A stretch of 64,000 nt of DNA from a bacterium (GCA_965209155.1 OZ242383.1:2592001-2656000); one strand, 5' to 3'; counted from the stretch's first letter, positions 11,427 through 21,439 are shown. Numbers and translations: made by a program. The notes: a model not told the origin generated them from the letters alone.

Positions 11427-12446
11427 TCAGGTCAATCGAGGACTTCGAGGAATCCGGCCTTCGAGGGGATAGGCGGGATCGTTGTACCCGGGCGTGGAGG
11501 GATGTCCGGGTGTGACCAGTTGATCCACCAGCGCTTCGTCTTCGGCAGTGAAAGTATATTCGAGCGCTCCCAAGTATTCTTCCCACTGCGTTTCGGTTCG
11601 GGGACCGGTGATGGTACCGGTCACCAACTGGTTGTTCAATACCCATGCGACGGCAAATTGACCCGCGGTGATCCCTCGAGTTTCGGCATGAGATTTGAGT
11701 TTTTGCGCAATCACCAGGGATTCTTTCCGCCATTCCGTTTGCAATATTCGTCGGTCCCGGCGTCCCGCCCTGGTTCCGTCAGGGGCTTCCGCTTCGACTC
11801 CGTATTTGCCGGTCAAGACCCCACGCGCCAGTGGGCTGTAAGGGAAAACTCCCAATCCGTAATAATGGCAAGCTGGTAAATGTTCCACTTCCGGCATACG
11901 GTTCATGGCGTTGTAGTAAGGTTGACTGACCACGGGCCTGTCGATTCCCATCGAGTCACAAAGATTGGCCATTTCCGCGACTCTCCAGGAGCGGAAATTG
12001 CTGAGACCAAAATGGAGAATTTTCCCCTGTCGGATTAAATCACCCATTGCATGCGCAGTCTCTTCGAGGGGGGTGGTGTGGTCTTCCCGGTGCAAATAAT
12101 AGATATCGATATAGTGGGTGCCCAAGCACCGGAGGCTGTTTTCGGCAGCTTCCATGATCCATTTGCGTTTCAGTCCCCTTTGATTCGGACCATCTCCCAT
12201 GGGATTGGCCACTTTGGTGGCCAAAACCCACCATGAACGATCTTCCCGGACGAGCATTCCGGTGATTTCTTCAGAGCGTCCATGATTGTATACATCCGCC
12301 GTATCAATGAAATTGATACCGGCGTTTCGTGCTTTGTCAACGATGCGTTTGGAAGTGGTTTGATCCGTCTCTCCTCCAAACATCATCACGCCCAGGCACA
12401 GGGGTGATACTTGCAAACCCGACTTTCCCAACCTGCGATATTCCAT
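11427..12446 (-). CDS. Aldo/keto reductase
   Basis: LGKSGLQVS, FIDTADVY, LATK, IDIYYLH, YSPLARGVLTGKY. Confidence 0.93.
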   Translation of the reverse strand: MEYRRLGKSGLQVSPLCLGVMMFGGETDQTTSKRIVDKARNAGINFIDTADVYNHGRSEEITGMLVREDRSWWVLATKVANPMGDGPNQRGLKRKWIMEAAENSLRCLGTHYIDIYYLHREDHTTPLEETAHAMGDLIRQGKILHFGLSNFRSWRVAEMANLCDSMGIDRPVVSQPYYNAMNRMPEVEHLPACHYYGLGVFPYSPLARGVLTGKYGVEAEAPDGTRAGRRDRRILQTEWRKESLVIAQKLKSHAETRGITAGQFAVAWVLNNQLVTGTITGPRTETQWEEYLGALEYTFTAEDEALVDQLVTPGHPSTPGYNDPAYPLEGRIPRSPRLT

Positions 12447-12810
12447 CTGTCCTTCCTTAGTGCGAGTGATTCCGGTTTCTGGTTAAAATATGCGTTATTC
12501 CATATCTTGGACTTCAGACATTTGAGTAAGATTCAGACTGCTATCCTCCCCATGAATCAATCTGGAGAGTCTGCCATGTTGTCTCTTCCCAATGAATTTA
12601 TAATCATTTCAGAGTCATTTAGAAAGCTTTTTTCACCATCGGTTTGGGGATAGTCCCCCTCTTGAGAGTTGGTGCTTATTCTCAGCAAGATTCGCCCTCT
12701 AAAGTGTGGTGATTTTGCAAATAGACGGTGTTTTCCGGCTCGGTTACCCGGGTTTACAGTTATTTTTCCCGATTTTATGAGGAACCACACTCAATAGGGA
12801 GAACATCGAA

Positions 12811-13372
12811 AGTCATCACCACCGGCAGAGCTGGTGGCTTGAAGAGGCCCCCAGTATGAGGGCAAAACGTGTTCGTCATCGTAAAACGTGCTCGTGCTCG
12901 TGAACGAAAAAGGCTGCCATGTTAGATCATGAAAAACTCGATGTATACCAATGTTCCATCGAATTTTTAGCGTTATCTGTCCAAGTCATCGAAACATTGC
13001 CAAAAGGATACTCAGCCTTAGTTGACCAACTGAAAAGGGCCTCATGGTCGATTCCTCTCAATATCGCAGAAGGCTGTGGAAAAAATTCCCTTCCTGACAA
13101 GCAACGATTCTATGCATTGGCCCGAGGTTCCGCAATGGAATGCGCTGCTATTCTCGATGTTTTAAACGTGTTGAAGATCATCCAGCCTCCTTTATTTGAC
13201 GAAGGGAAACAGTTACTTCATCGCATTGTTTCTATGTTAACCAAAATGTGCCGTCGAATTCACTGACCGTTCACGAGCACGAGCACGGCTAACAGACACG
13301 GATACGTTTCTCATGTCTGACCGGCAAAGCCTATTAGGTTCGCACCAGCAGAGCTGGTGGTTTAATGAGATT
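12811..13372 (+). mobile_element. 562-bp hairpin-ended four-helix-bundle element, copy 1
   Basis: Near-identical to other copies; subterminal hairpins at both ends; followed by AATT. Confidence 0.9.
12919..13266 (+). CDS. Four-helix-bundle protein (23S rRNA IVP / bAvd-like, TIGR02436-type)
   Basis: EKLDVYQ...DQLKRASWSIPLNIAEG...ARGSAME signature; 115 aa. Confidence 0.88.
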   Translation: MLDHEKLDVYQCSIEFLALSVQVIETLPKGYSALVDQLKRASWSIPLNIAEGCGKNSLPDKQRFYALARGSAMECAAILDVLNVLKIIQPPLFDEGKQLLHRIVSMLTKMCRRIH

Positions 13373-13553
13373 AATTAGTTGATCTTTATATTCAATGAGT
13401 GACCTCAGACGTTTCGATGCTGCTTAGGCGCTACTGGAAGTGCTGGAGATCACCACCGGTGGATTCGGCGACAACTGGCTAAGCGCCAATTTCAAATCCG
13501 GTACCAATGGCAGATTCTGCGCGAAGAGGGGAGGTCGTATGAAAAAAAGAAAA

Positions 13554-14438
13554 TTATTCTGACTTACTCTCCAGAAATTTCTTGATTTTATTGTAGACAA
13601 CTTGAGCCTCTTGGCGATTGGCCTTCCAAAGGCGCTCATAGGATCGAAGACAATTCGAATGGGGTTCTTTCTTGGATTTCAGCGTCTTAACACGAGTTGC
13701 GGCTTTTCTACGCGTCGATTCGTCATTAGCCTCTTCATCTCGTTCTTTCAGAATATAATAAAGATTCTCAATATGTTTTGCGCGATCTTTAAATAGCCAA
13801 TTCCTTTTACTTTCATTATCCAACCCAAACAACTCGATAGTCACCATGGCACGTAAGCGGTCGAATCCATTGCGTCGTGGTTGAGGCGACAATGCATAGA
13901 ATTTGATCAATTGCTCCGGTTTGCAGTCAAGGTCCCCCAATGGATAAATCAGGTACGGCAATTCTTTTTTGGAGTCATAGGGATCTTTCACTCCGCTCAT
14001 CCTTTTTCCAGCGATGGGGAAATAGTTCTTTTTGAAAACAGAATTGCAAGTCTTACAGGATGTTACATAATTCATAGGGTGATAGGCTAGAAGGCGATAT
14101 CCCGGTTCTGAACCGGAAGCCGGCTGGTTTATATTGAAACATGCTCCCGATAGATATTTGGGGATAGGCCAACGCCTGATTTCGTTTTTTGGTCGGAAAT
14201 GTTCAACGTCTTGTTCAATCGCTTGATCTTCAATCGATTTTTCGCAGAATGCGCACTTTGAACTTTGCAAGGACATGTAGACCGGTTTTATTTCGCTCCA
14301 CATGCCAGTTATTTTCTTTCGACTGCCACTTTCAATTTCTTTAGTTCTTTTGGTTGCCCTGTCCCGCCATGTCTTATTAATTGCGTCTATACGACGATGA
14401 AGCTGCTCAACGGAGATGGGGTAGTGGATCATGCTCAC
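13554..14438 (-). CDS. HNH endonuclease (PtuB/TIGR02646-like)
   Basis: CAFCE...VEHFRPK...CKTCN zinc/HNH motifs; start overlaps ATPase stop. Confidence 0.8.
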   Translation of the reverse strand: MSMIHYPISVEQLHRRIDAINKTWRDRATKRTKEIESGSRKKITGMWSEIKPVYMSLQSSKCAFCEKSIEDQAIEQDVEHFRPKNEIRRWPIPKYLSGACFNINQPASGSEPGYRLLAYHPMNYVTSCKTCNSVFKKNYFPIAGKRMSGVKDPYDSKKELPYLIYPLGDLDCKPEQLIKFYALSPQPRRNGFDRLRAMVTIELFGLDNESKRNWLFKDRAKHIENLYYILKERDEEANDESTRRKAATRVKTLKSKKEPHSNCLRSYERLWKANRQEAQVVYNKIKKFLESKSE

Positions 14439-15682
14439 CCCAATCCATTAGTCATGGCATCGATGAGTTTCTTTGCGGCAGTACGATCTCCACTACGAGC
14501 TTTGAGTCTGAGTTCCTCGAGTTCATTTCGTTTATGACGTGCGCGTGTCGAAGTCAGACCGAACAAGTCGGTTAGCAGGATCTGATCGGCATCCAGACCA
14601 TAGATATTATCCGTTACCCGCTGAACGGAAGTTTGGTTACCATAACGCTTCAATCGTATGACGTTGCTTCGTTGAAGACTGCCAGCAATCAACGGGCTAT
14701 GGGAAGTCAGGATGAACTGCATCTTTGGTAGCGCCTCCGACAAAGTCTCGATGACCGTCATTTGCCATTTGGGATGAAGGTGTAAATCGACCTCGTCAAC
14801 CATAACAATACCTTGATTTTCGACCAGCTTCTTGTCTTTCGGACATCCAATACAGATATGATAAAGAAGATCCGCAATCCATCCGACAAATGCCCGGTAT
14901 CCGTCGGAAAGGCTTTGAAAGGGAATAGGAATATTACCGTGTTCGAAAAGATAATCTCCGTTTTTCAGAATCTCGGTAAGCTTAAAATGCCCCGGTCCGA
15001 GGATTTTGTTTATCAAGCGCACAACCTGCGCGTATCTCTCCGGGTATGACTCTCTGAGCGAAGGAAGCCAGTAAGTAAGTGGGATCAAAGAATAGGAGTC
15101 TTGAAAAATTCCTTGAACTCGTTGCGCTCGCAGAAATCGTGACTTGGTCCTCGCGCCCATGTCGAGGCTTTCACCAGGCTCCACCCGTCGAGACGCCCCA
15201 TATGCGACAATAAAGTAGGCGTCATTTTTCGAGTCGAAGACTCTATCCCAGGGTTCCGGATCGTCTGTTGTTTTGAATTGAATCTCTTCCAGCTCGCCTC
15301 GTCTCCGAATCGTCAGCGTCGAACCCAAAGCTTTATGTTGTGAATTATCGTGTTCATGCATCCGAAATATGGTCGATATCTCGCCTGTTTCTCTGCCACG
15401 TTTTGGATCTGTAATTCGTATTAGATCCCGTGTTCCCAAGTTGGCTTGTGTCACGGCGGGCCCGAAAGCAGCGAGTGCCAGTGCTTGAAGAATCGTCGTT
15501 TTGCCAGACCCATTGTCCCCTAACAGCAAATTGACGTTAACAAATCTGGGTTTCGCAGCACTCACCTCATTTTCTGAAAAAAATTCCTGGTCGGGATGCA
15601 CAAAATTAATTTCTTTGCGGGCATTGAACGTTCGAATGTTTTTCAGTACTAATTGATCAACATACATAATACCAAGGCTCAT
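14435..15682 (-). CDS. ABC/AAA_21-type ATPase (PtuA-like)
   Basis: GDNGSGKTT Walker A, SLSDGY signature, VDEVDLHLHP Walker B, TSHSP H-loop. Confidence 0.85.
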   Translation of the reverse strand: MSLGIMYVDQLVLKNIRTFNARKEINFVHPDQEFFSENEVSAAKPRFVNVNLLLGDNGSGKTTILQALALAAFGPAVTQANLGTRDLIRITDPKRGRETGEISTIFRMHEHDNSQHKALGSTLTIRRRGELEEIQFKTTDDPEPWDRVFDSKNDAYFIVAYGASRRVEPGESLDMGARTKSRFLRAQRVQGIFQDSYSLIPLTYWLPSLRESYPERYAQVVRLINKILGPGHFKLTEILKNGDYLFEHGNIPIPFQSLSDGYRAFVGWIADLLYHICIGCPKDKKLVENQGIVMVDEVDLHLHPKWQMTVIETLSEALPKMQFILTSHSPLIAGSLQRSNVIRLKRYGNQTSVQRVTDNIYGLDADQILLTDLFGLTSTRARHKRNELEELRLKARSGDRTAAKKLIDAMTNGLG

Positions 15683-16136
15683 TCTTGAGGCTGATACGGA
15701 GATGGTGCCAGATGGATTAAACTATTATGAATTGGATCAAACAATGCAGATTGTCATAGTTCGTCTTCGAAATCGGTTGGTTAAGATATATCGAAATTTG
15801 CAGAGGAGGTCAATTGTTATCATCTTTTTGTATTTGGGTCGCGAATTCATCAAACCAATTATCGCTCAACAAGCGCTATCCGTTCAATTCGGCACACGTC
15901 CCAGCCTGTCACCCCGAGCTTGATACGAATCCTGCCTATTTTTTTCATTTGGGGCTTGACACAGCGAAATAGTCGTGCTAAAAACATGCCTTCACCAAGG
16001 TACCTGATGGCGGCCGCATTGGTCTCGGCGCCCGGAGCTGTAAACACCCAACAGCCCAACGAAAACGGTGTCGCTGAATTCTTCGTTATACGGCCATCCG
16101 AGATGATCATGGACATACTCGACAACGGCGAGCATC

Positions 16137-16460
16137 GTGTGTAACACGTTCGACAGAATTCGGGTACTGATTGCCGAGGGCCGTGTACGCATTTCGGAGC
16201 ACGGATACGACGAGATCACCACTGACGGACTACTTGCAAGGGAACTTTTCGAGGGTGTGGAAACCGCCGAGGTGATTGAAGATTATCCGAACTACCCCAA
16301 AGGAGCGTGCGTTCTGCTGCTCCAAAAAACGAAGGATGGGCGCTCCGTCCACGCCGTATGGGGAATTCCCGCTGGCCATACGTGTCCGGCAGTGCTGGTT
16401 ACAGCGTACCTACCTGATCCTGAAAAATGGGAACTCGGATTCAAGCGGAGACGCAAATGA
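16137..16460 (+). CDS. DUF4258-like putative toxin
   Basis: RISEHGYDE...VIEDYP...VHAVWG...LVTAYLPDPEKW pattern; ATGA overlap with next gene. Confidence 0.7.
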   Translation: MCNTFDRIRVLIAEGRVRISEHGYDEITTDGLLARELFEGVETAEVIEDYPNYPKGACVLLLQKTKDGRSVHAVWGIPAGHTCPAVLVTAYLPDPEKWELGFKRRRK

Positions 16461-16672
16461 GTAAGAGAAAACGAACGAAGCTCATTCACGAAGGAAGCTA
16501 CGTTGCGGAAGTCGACGTAGAACTCCTGGAAGAGCCTGAAGGATGGTCACCGTATCTTTCTCTGGAAGACGCTTATCGTCTTGATGATGTTCGGGTGGCT
16601 CTTCGGCGAGGTGACATCGAGACTGCTGCAAAATACTCGCGCGTGTTCAGCCTCACGCCCGTCACCGTGTAG
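16457..16672 (+). CDS. Small acidic protein, putative antitoxin partner of the DUF4258-like gene
   Basis: ATG at 16457 overlaps upstream TGA; 71 aa. Confidence 0.6.
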   Translation: MSKRKRTKLIHEGSYVAEVDVELLEEPEGWSPYLSLEDAYRLDDVRVALRRGDIETAAKYSRVFSLTPVTV

Positions 16673-16799
16673 GGCCGTATCACATCCTCCCCACCTGTCC
16701 GGACGGCAGACGTTACGAGGGAGAATGGTACGATTATTAGGAACACGCTCATCGAGTAGAATATTCATAAATTATCAAGTAAGGATTGCTTGGATAATT

Positions 16800-17361
16800 A
16801 ATCTCATTAAACCACCAGCTCTGCTGGTGCGAACCTAATAGGCTTTGCCGGTCAGACATGAGAAACGTTTCCGTGTCCGTTAGCCGTGCTCGTGCTCGTG
16901 AACGGTCAGTGAATTCGACGGCACATTTTGGTTAACATAGAAACAATGCGATGAAGTAACTGTTTCCCTTCGTCAAATAAAGGAGGCTGGATGATCTTCA
17001 ACACGTTTAAAACATCGAGAATAGCAACGCATTCCATTGCGGAACCTCGGGCAAATGCATAGAATCGTTGCTTGTCAGGAAAGGAATTTTTTCCACAGCC
17101 TTCTGCGATATTGTGAGGAATCGACCATGAGGCCCTTTTCAGTTGGTCAACTAAGGCTGAGTATCCTTTTGGCAATGTTTCGATGACTTGGACAGATAAC
17201 GCTAAAAATTCGATGGAACATTGGTATACATCGAGTTTTTCATGATCTAACATGGCAGCCTTTTTCGTTCACGAGCACGAGCACGTCTTACGATGACGAA
17301 CACGTTTTGCCCTCATACTGGGGGCCTCTTCAAGCCACCGGCTCTGCCGGTGGTGATGACT
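16800..17361 (-). mobile_element. 562-bp four-helix-bundle element, copy 2
   Basis: Full length; preceded by TAATT. Confidence 0.9.
16906..17253 (-). CDS. Four-helix-bundle protein
   Basis: Intact 115-aa paralog (L47H, A76V). Confidence 0.88.
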   Translation of the reverse strand: MLDHEKLDVYQCSIEFLALSVQVIETLPKGYSALVDQLKRASWSIPHNIAEGCGKNSFPDKQRFYAFARGSAMECVAILDVLNVLKIIQPPLFDEGKQLLHRIVSMLTKMCRRIH

Positions 17362-17637
17362 TCAGGGTCAGGCTTGGAGGTTTGTGTGCGTTTCGGGCGA
17401 GGGATGGGTTTGTCCAGAGGGCTTCTCGTCTTTGACCCACCCCCGCCCCTCCCAGGAGAGGATTTTGAAACCCGCTTTTGGCTAGAATCATACACGTAAC
17501 GTCTGTTCGTATGAAAACGAGGTGGATTATTTTTGTTACAAAAATAAAGATGTTATGGTAGGAAAGTCGCATTATAGACAAATTTTTTATTAAATATTTA
17601 TCCCAAAATTAACGAACTCGACCAGGGGGTATGACTT

Positions 17638-17952
17638 ATGAAATATAAATTCACTATACTTTTAGAACCTCAAGAAGAGGGCGGATATACCATTACGTGT
17701 GAGGAATTACCAGAACTTGTCACAGAATGTGATTCAATATCTGAAATTGACGGCCCTGTCCAAGAAGCTTTCGATGCAATTTTTGAGTTATATGCATCCA
17801 AACGAAAAGACATCCCTCAAAAATGCGTAGACCCTGAAGAAAGATTTTATATCCAGAATTTTCATCCCAGAACCCATCCATTACTTCGGACTATATACGG
17901 CGTCAATGAAATATCGCGAAATATCGAAACGGCTCAAAGAGCTTGGTTGTGA
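17638..17952 (+). CDS. hicB: HicB family antitoxin
   Basis: LEPQEEGGYTITCEELPELVTECDS N-terminus. Confidence 0.8.
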   Translation: MKYKFTILLEPQEEGGYTITCEELPELVTECDSISEIDGPVQEAFDAIFELYASKRKDIPQKCVDPEERFYIQNFHPRTHPLLRTIYGVNEISRNIETAQRAWL

Positions 17953-18118
17953 AGAAACCAGGATAAAAAAGGGTTCACACCGAATATGGTCTAATTCCGA
18001 AACTCAAAGAGAAACTTCAATCCCTGATCATGGGAATAAAGATTTAAAAATTGGTACATTGTTTAGCATTCTTAAGAAATTGGGTATAAGCAAAGAAGAG
18101 TTTTTCAATAAATCTTAA
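17906..18118 (+). CDS. hicA: HicA family toxin
   Basis: KGSH...IPDHG...LKIGTLFSILKKLGI. Confidence 0.88.
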   Translation: MKYREISKRLKELGCEETRIKKGSHRIWSNSETQRETSIPDHGNKDLKIGTLFSILKKLGISKEEFFNKS

Positions 18119-18282
18119 GTGGTGGGAGAAGGGTCACTCATTAGAGGAATTTCCATGAAAAAAACACTTTTCCGTCCACAAATCAGGGTAACCCATTTGC
18201 GTGTAGTCTTCAGCGCCTGGCACTACAATTTTTTATGTTTCAGGAGATGGGTCAGGCTTGCATACTTGTAGAAAAGATTCTC

Positions 18283-18800
18283 TGGATTCCTGGTCGGAGC
18301 CAGGAATGACACAAAGGGAAGGCACAAAGGCACTGAGGGAAGGCACAAAGGCGCAAAGGGGGGAAGAAAGGCACAAAGGCACAAAGGCACAAAGGCAAAA
18401 AGGCACAAAGGGGGAAAGAAAGGCACAAAGGGGGGAAGGCACTGAGGGAAGGTACAAAGGTACAAAAAGATTCGTGAAGGAACTGACAACCGATAACTGA
18501 TAACCGATAACTGGTGCCAAGGCACAAAGGCATATTGGATTCCTGGTCTGTGCCAGGAATGACACAATTCTGGATTTCGGGTCGGGGACAGGAATGACAC
18601 AACGAATGGTCCTGATCGCGCAAGCGGGGATCCAGTCCGGTCTGGTTGCCTACCCCTGGATTCCTGGTCTGTGCCAGGAATGACATTAAGGGAAGGCACA
18701 AAGGCGCAAAGGCGCAAAGGGGGGAAGGCACAAAGGCACAAAGGCACTGAGGAAATGTAAAAAGGCATACTGGGTTCCTGGTCGGTGCCAGGAATGACAC
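18283..18800 (+). repeat. Mosaic octamer/heptamer/palindrome array
   Basis: AGGCACAA runs and about five palindrome copies. Confidence 0.9.
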
Positions 18801-18906
18801 ACTACTAAATTCCGGGTCAGCCCTATTGCCTCAGGCGGCAGGAGAGGTTCAGGCTTGTATTTTGGCATTTAGATTCCGCCTCGAGTCCTCCAGTAAGGGG
18901 CTAATT

Positions 18907-19468
18907 AATCTCATTAAACCACCAGCTCTGCTGGTGCGAACCTAATAGGCTTTGCCGGTCAGACATGAGAAACGTATCCGTGTCCGTTAGCCGTGCTCGT
19001 GCTCGTGAACGGTCAGTGAATTCGACGGCACATTTTGGTTAACATAGAAACAATGCGATGGAGTAACTGTTTCCCTTCGTCAAATAAAGGAGGCTGGATG
19101 ATCTTCAACACGTTTAAAACATCGAGAATAGCAGCGCATTCCATTGCGGAACCTCGGGCAAATGCATAGAATCGTTGCTTGTCAGGAAAGGAATTTTTTC
19201 CACAGCCTTCTGCGATATTGAGAGGAATCGACCATGAGGCCCTTTTCAGTTGGTCAACTAAGGCTGAATATCCTTTTGGCAATGTTTCGATGACTTGGAC
19301 AGATAACGCTAAAAATTCGATGGAACATTGGTATACATCGAGTTTTTCATGATCGAACATGGCAGCCTTTTTCGTTCACGAGCACGAGCACGTCTTACGA
19401 TGACGAACACGTTTTGCCCTCATACTGGGGGCCTCTTCAAGCCACCGGCTCTGCCGGTGGTGATGACT
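18907..19468 (-). mobile_element. 562-bp four-helix-bundle element, copy 3 (first of precise tandem)
   Basis: Full length; preceded by TAATT; abuts copy 4. Confidence 0.9.
19013..19360 (-). CDS. Four-helix-bundle protein
   Basis: Intact paralog (L2F). Confidence 0.88.
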   Translation of the reverse strand: MFDHEKLDVYQCSIEFLALSVQVIETLPKGYSALVDQLKRASWSIPLNIAEGCGKNSFPDKQRFYAFARGSAMECAAILDVLNVLKIIQPPLFDEGKQLLHRIVSMLTKMCRRIH

Positions 19469-20030
19469 AATCTCATTAAACCACCAGCTCTGCTGGTGCG
19501 AACCTAATAGGCTTTGCCGGTCAGACATGAGAAACGTATCCGTGTCCGTTAGCCGTGCTCGTGCTCGTGAACGGTCAGTGAATTCGACGGCACATTTTGG
19601 TTAACATAGAAACAATGCGATGAAGGAACTGTTTCCCTTCGTCAAATAAAGGAGGCTGGATGATCTTCAACACGTTTAAAACATCGAGAATAGCAGCGCA
19701 TTCCATTGCGGAACCTCGGACCAATGCATAGAATCGTTGCTTGTCAGGAAAGGAATTTTTTCCACAGCCTTCTGCGATATTGAGAGGAATCGACCATGAG
19801 GCCCTTTTCAGTTGGTCAACTAAGGCTGAGTATCCTTTTGGCAATGTTTCGATGACTTGGACAGATAACGCAAAAAATTCGATGGAACATTGGTATACAT
19901 CGAGTTTTTCATGATCTAACATGGCAGCCTTTTTCGTTCACGAGCACGAGCACGTCTTACGATGACGAACACGTTTTGCCCTCATACTGGGGGCCTCTTC
20001 AAGCCACCGGCTCTGCCGGTGGTGATGACT
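19469..20030 (-). mobile_element. 562-bp four-helix-bundle element, copy 4
   Basis: Junction GATGACT|AATCTC with no spacer. Confidence 0.9.
19575..19922 (-). CDS. Four-helix-bundle protein
   Basis: Intact paralog (L17F, F67L, A68V, L99F). Confidence 0.88.
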   Translation of the reverse strand: MLDHEKLDVYQCSIEFFALSVQVIETLPKGYSALVDQLKRASWSIPLNIAEGCGKNSFPDKQRFYALVRGSAMECAAILDVLNVLKIIQPPLFDEGKQFLHRIVSMLTKMCRRIH

Positions 20031-20324
20031 CAAGAACGGCTTCTACTTGTTTTTTTGTCACTCTTGGAAAGTCTTCAAAAAAAATTTTTAAAGATTCCCC
20101 CTCCTCCAAATAATCAAACAGATTTTTGACAGGGACACGAGTTCCTTGTTCGTCATGACTGATTCAAATATGTCAATCGAACGATTTTATTGCAGATTTT
20201 TTACCAAGTACGCTTCGCACCAGGTGGTTCCGTAGTCCAAGCTTGCCATCCTCACTCGTTGTTCTTCATTAAAGTGAATGTTTTTCAATTGACAGGTTCC
20301 CCGGATAATTGATATTTGATGATT

Positions 20325-20872
20325 AATCTCATTAAACCACCAGCTCTGCTGGTGCGAACCTAATAGGCTTTGCCGGTCAGACATGAGAAACGTATCCGTG
20401 TCCGTTAGCCGTGCTCGTGCTCGTGAACGGTCAGTGAATTTGACGGCACATTTTGGTTAACATAGAAACAATGCGATGAAGTAACTGTTTCCCTTCGTCA
20501 AATAAAGGAGGCTGGATGATCTTCAACACGTTTAAAACATCGAGAATAGCAGCGCATTCCATTGCGGAACCTCGGGCCAATGCATAGAATCGTTGCTTGT
20601 CAGGAAAGGAATTTTGTCCACAGCCTTCTGCGATATTGAGAGGAATCGACCATGAGGCCCTTTTCAGTTGGTCAACTAAGGCTGAGTATCCTATTGGCAA
20701 TGTTTCGATGACTTGGACAGATAACGCTAAAAATTCGATGGAACATTGGTATACATCGAGTTTTTCATGATCTAACATGGCAGCCTTTTTCGTTCACGAG
20801 CACGAGCACGTCTTACGATGACGAACACGTTTTGCCCTCATACTGGAGGCCTCTTCAAGCCACCGGCTCTGC
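20325..20872 (-). mobile_element. Four-helix-bundle element, copy 5 (fused to copy 6 through the hairpin)
   Basis: Preceded by TGATT; right hairpin is a hybrid of the two end hairpins. Confidence 0.88.
20431..20778 (-). CDS. Four-helix-bundle protein
   Basis: Intact paralog (K29I, K55Q, F67L, R113Q). Confidence 0.88.
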   Translation of the reverse strand: MLDHEKLDVYQCSIEFLALSVQVIETLPIGYSALVDQLKRASWSIPLNIAEGCGQNSFPDKQRFYALARGSAMECAAILDVLNVLKIIQPPLFDEGKQLLHRIVSMLTKMCRQIH

Positions 20873-21409
20873 TGGTGCGAACCTAATAGGCTTTGCCGGT
20901 CAGACATGAGAAACGTAACCGTGTCCGTTAGCCGTGCTCGTGCTCGTGAACGGTCAGTGAATTCGACGGCACATTTTGGTTAACATAGAAACAACGCGAT
21001 GAAGTAACTGTTTCCCTTCGTCAAATAAAGGAGGCTGGATGATCTTCAACACGTTTAAAACATCGAGAATAGCAGCGCATTCCATTGCGGAACCTCGGGC
21101 AAATGCATAGAATCGTTGCTTGTCAGGAAGGGAATTTTTTCCACAGCCTTCTGCGATATTGAGAGGAATCGACCATGAGGCCCTTTTCAGTTGGTCAACT
21201 AAGGCTGAGTATCCTTTTGGCAATGTTTCGATGACTTGGACAGATAACGCTAAAAATTCGATGGAACATTGGTATACATCGAGTTTTTCATGATCTGACA
21301 TGGCAGCCTTTTTCGTTCACGAGCACGAGCACGTCTTACGATGACGAACACGTTTTGCCCTCATACTGGGGGCCTCTTCAAGCCACCGGCTCTGCCGGTG
21401 GTGATGATT
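20866..21409 (-). mobile_element. Four-helix-bundle element, copy 6
   Basis: Starts inside hybrid hairpin; ends in the variant GATGATT. Confidence 0.88.
20954..21301 (-). CDS. Four-helix-bundle protein
   Basis: Intact paralog (L2S, F58L, I103V). Confidence 0.88.
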   Translation of the reverse strand: MSDHEKLDVYQCSIEFLALSVQVIETLPKGYSALVDQLKRASWSIPLNIAEGCGKNSLPDKQRFYAFARGSAMECAAILDVLNVLKIIQPPLFDEGKQLLHRVVSMLTKMCRRIH

Positions 21410-21439
21410 TTATTGGCAATATCAACAAATCGTAGAAAA

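Noticed and set aside
12919..13266. Diversity-generating retroelement (Avd-like gene with variable copies)
   Set aside because: No reverse transcriptase or TR/VR pair in the window. By manual count only about 9 of 22 substitutions are at adenines, so the changes are not adenine-specific.
12811..13372. Genuine 23S rRNA intervening sequence
   Set aside because: No rRNA sequence flanks any copy.
13554..16130. Retron type I-A system
   Set aside because: The effector-like pair is present, but no RT ORF or convincing msr-msd inverted repeat is visible upstream.
17293..17499. MTNTFCPHTGGLFKPPALPVVM-type ORFs (also 41827, 48407) and 20187-20384
   Set aside because: They start inside the element ends and run into unrelated flanks, so the downstream parts are not conserved.
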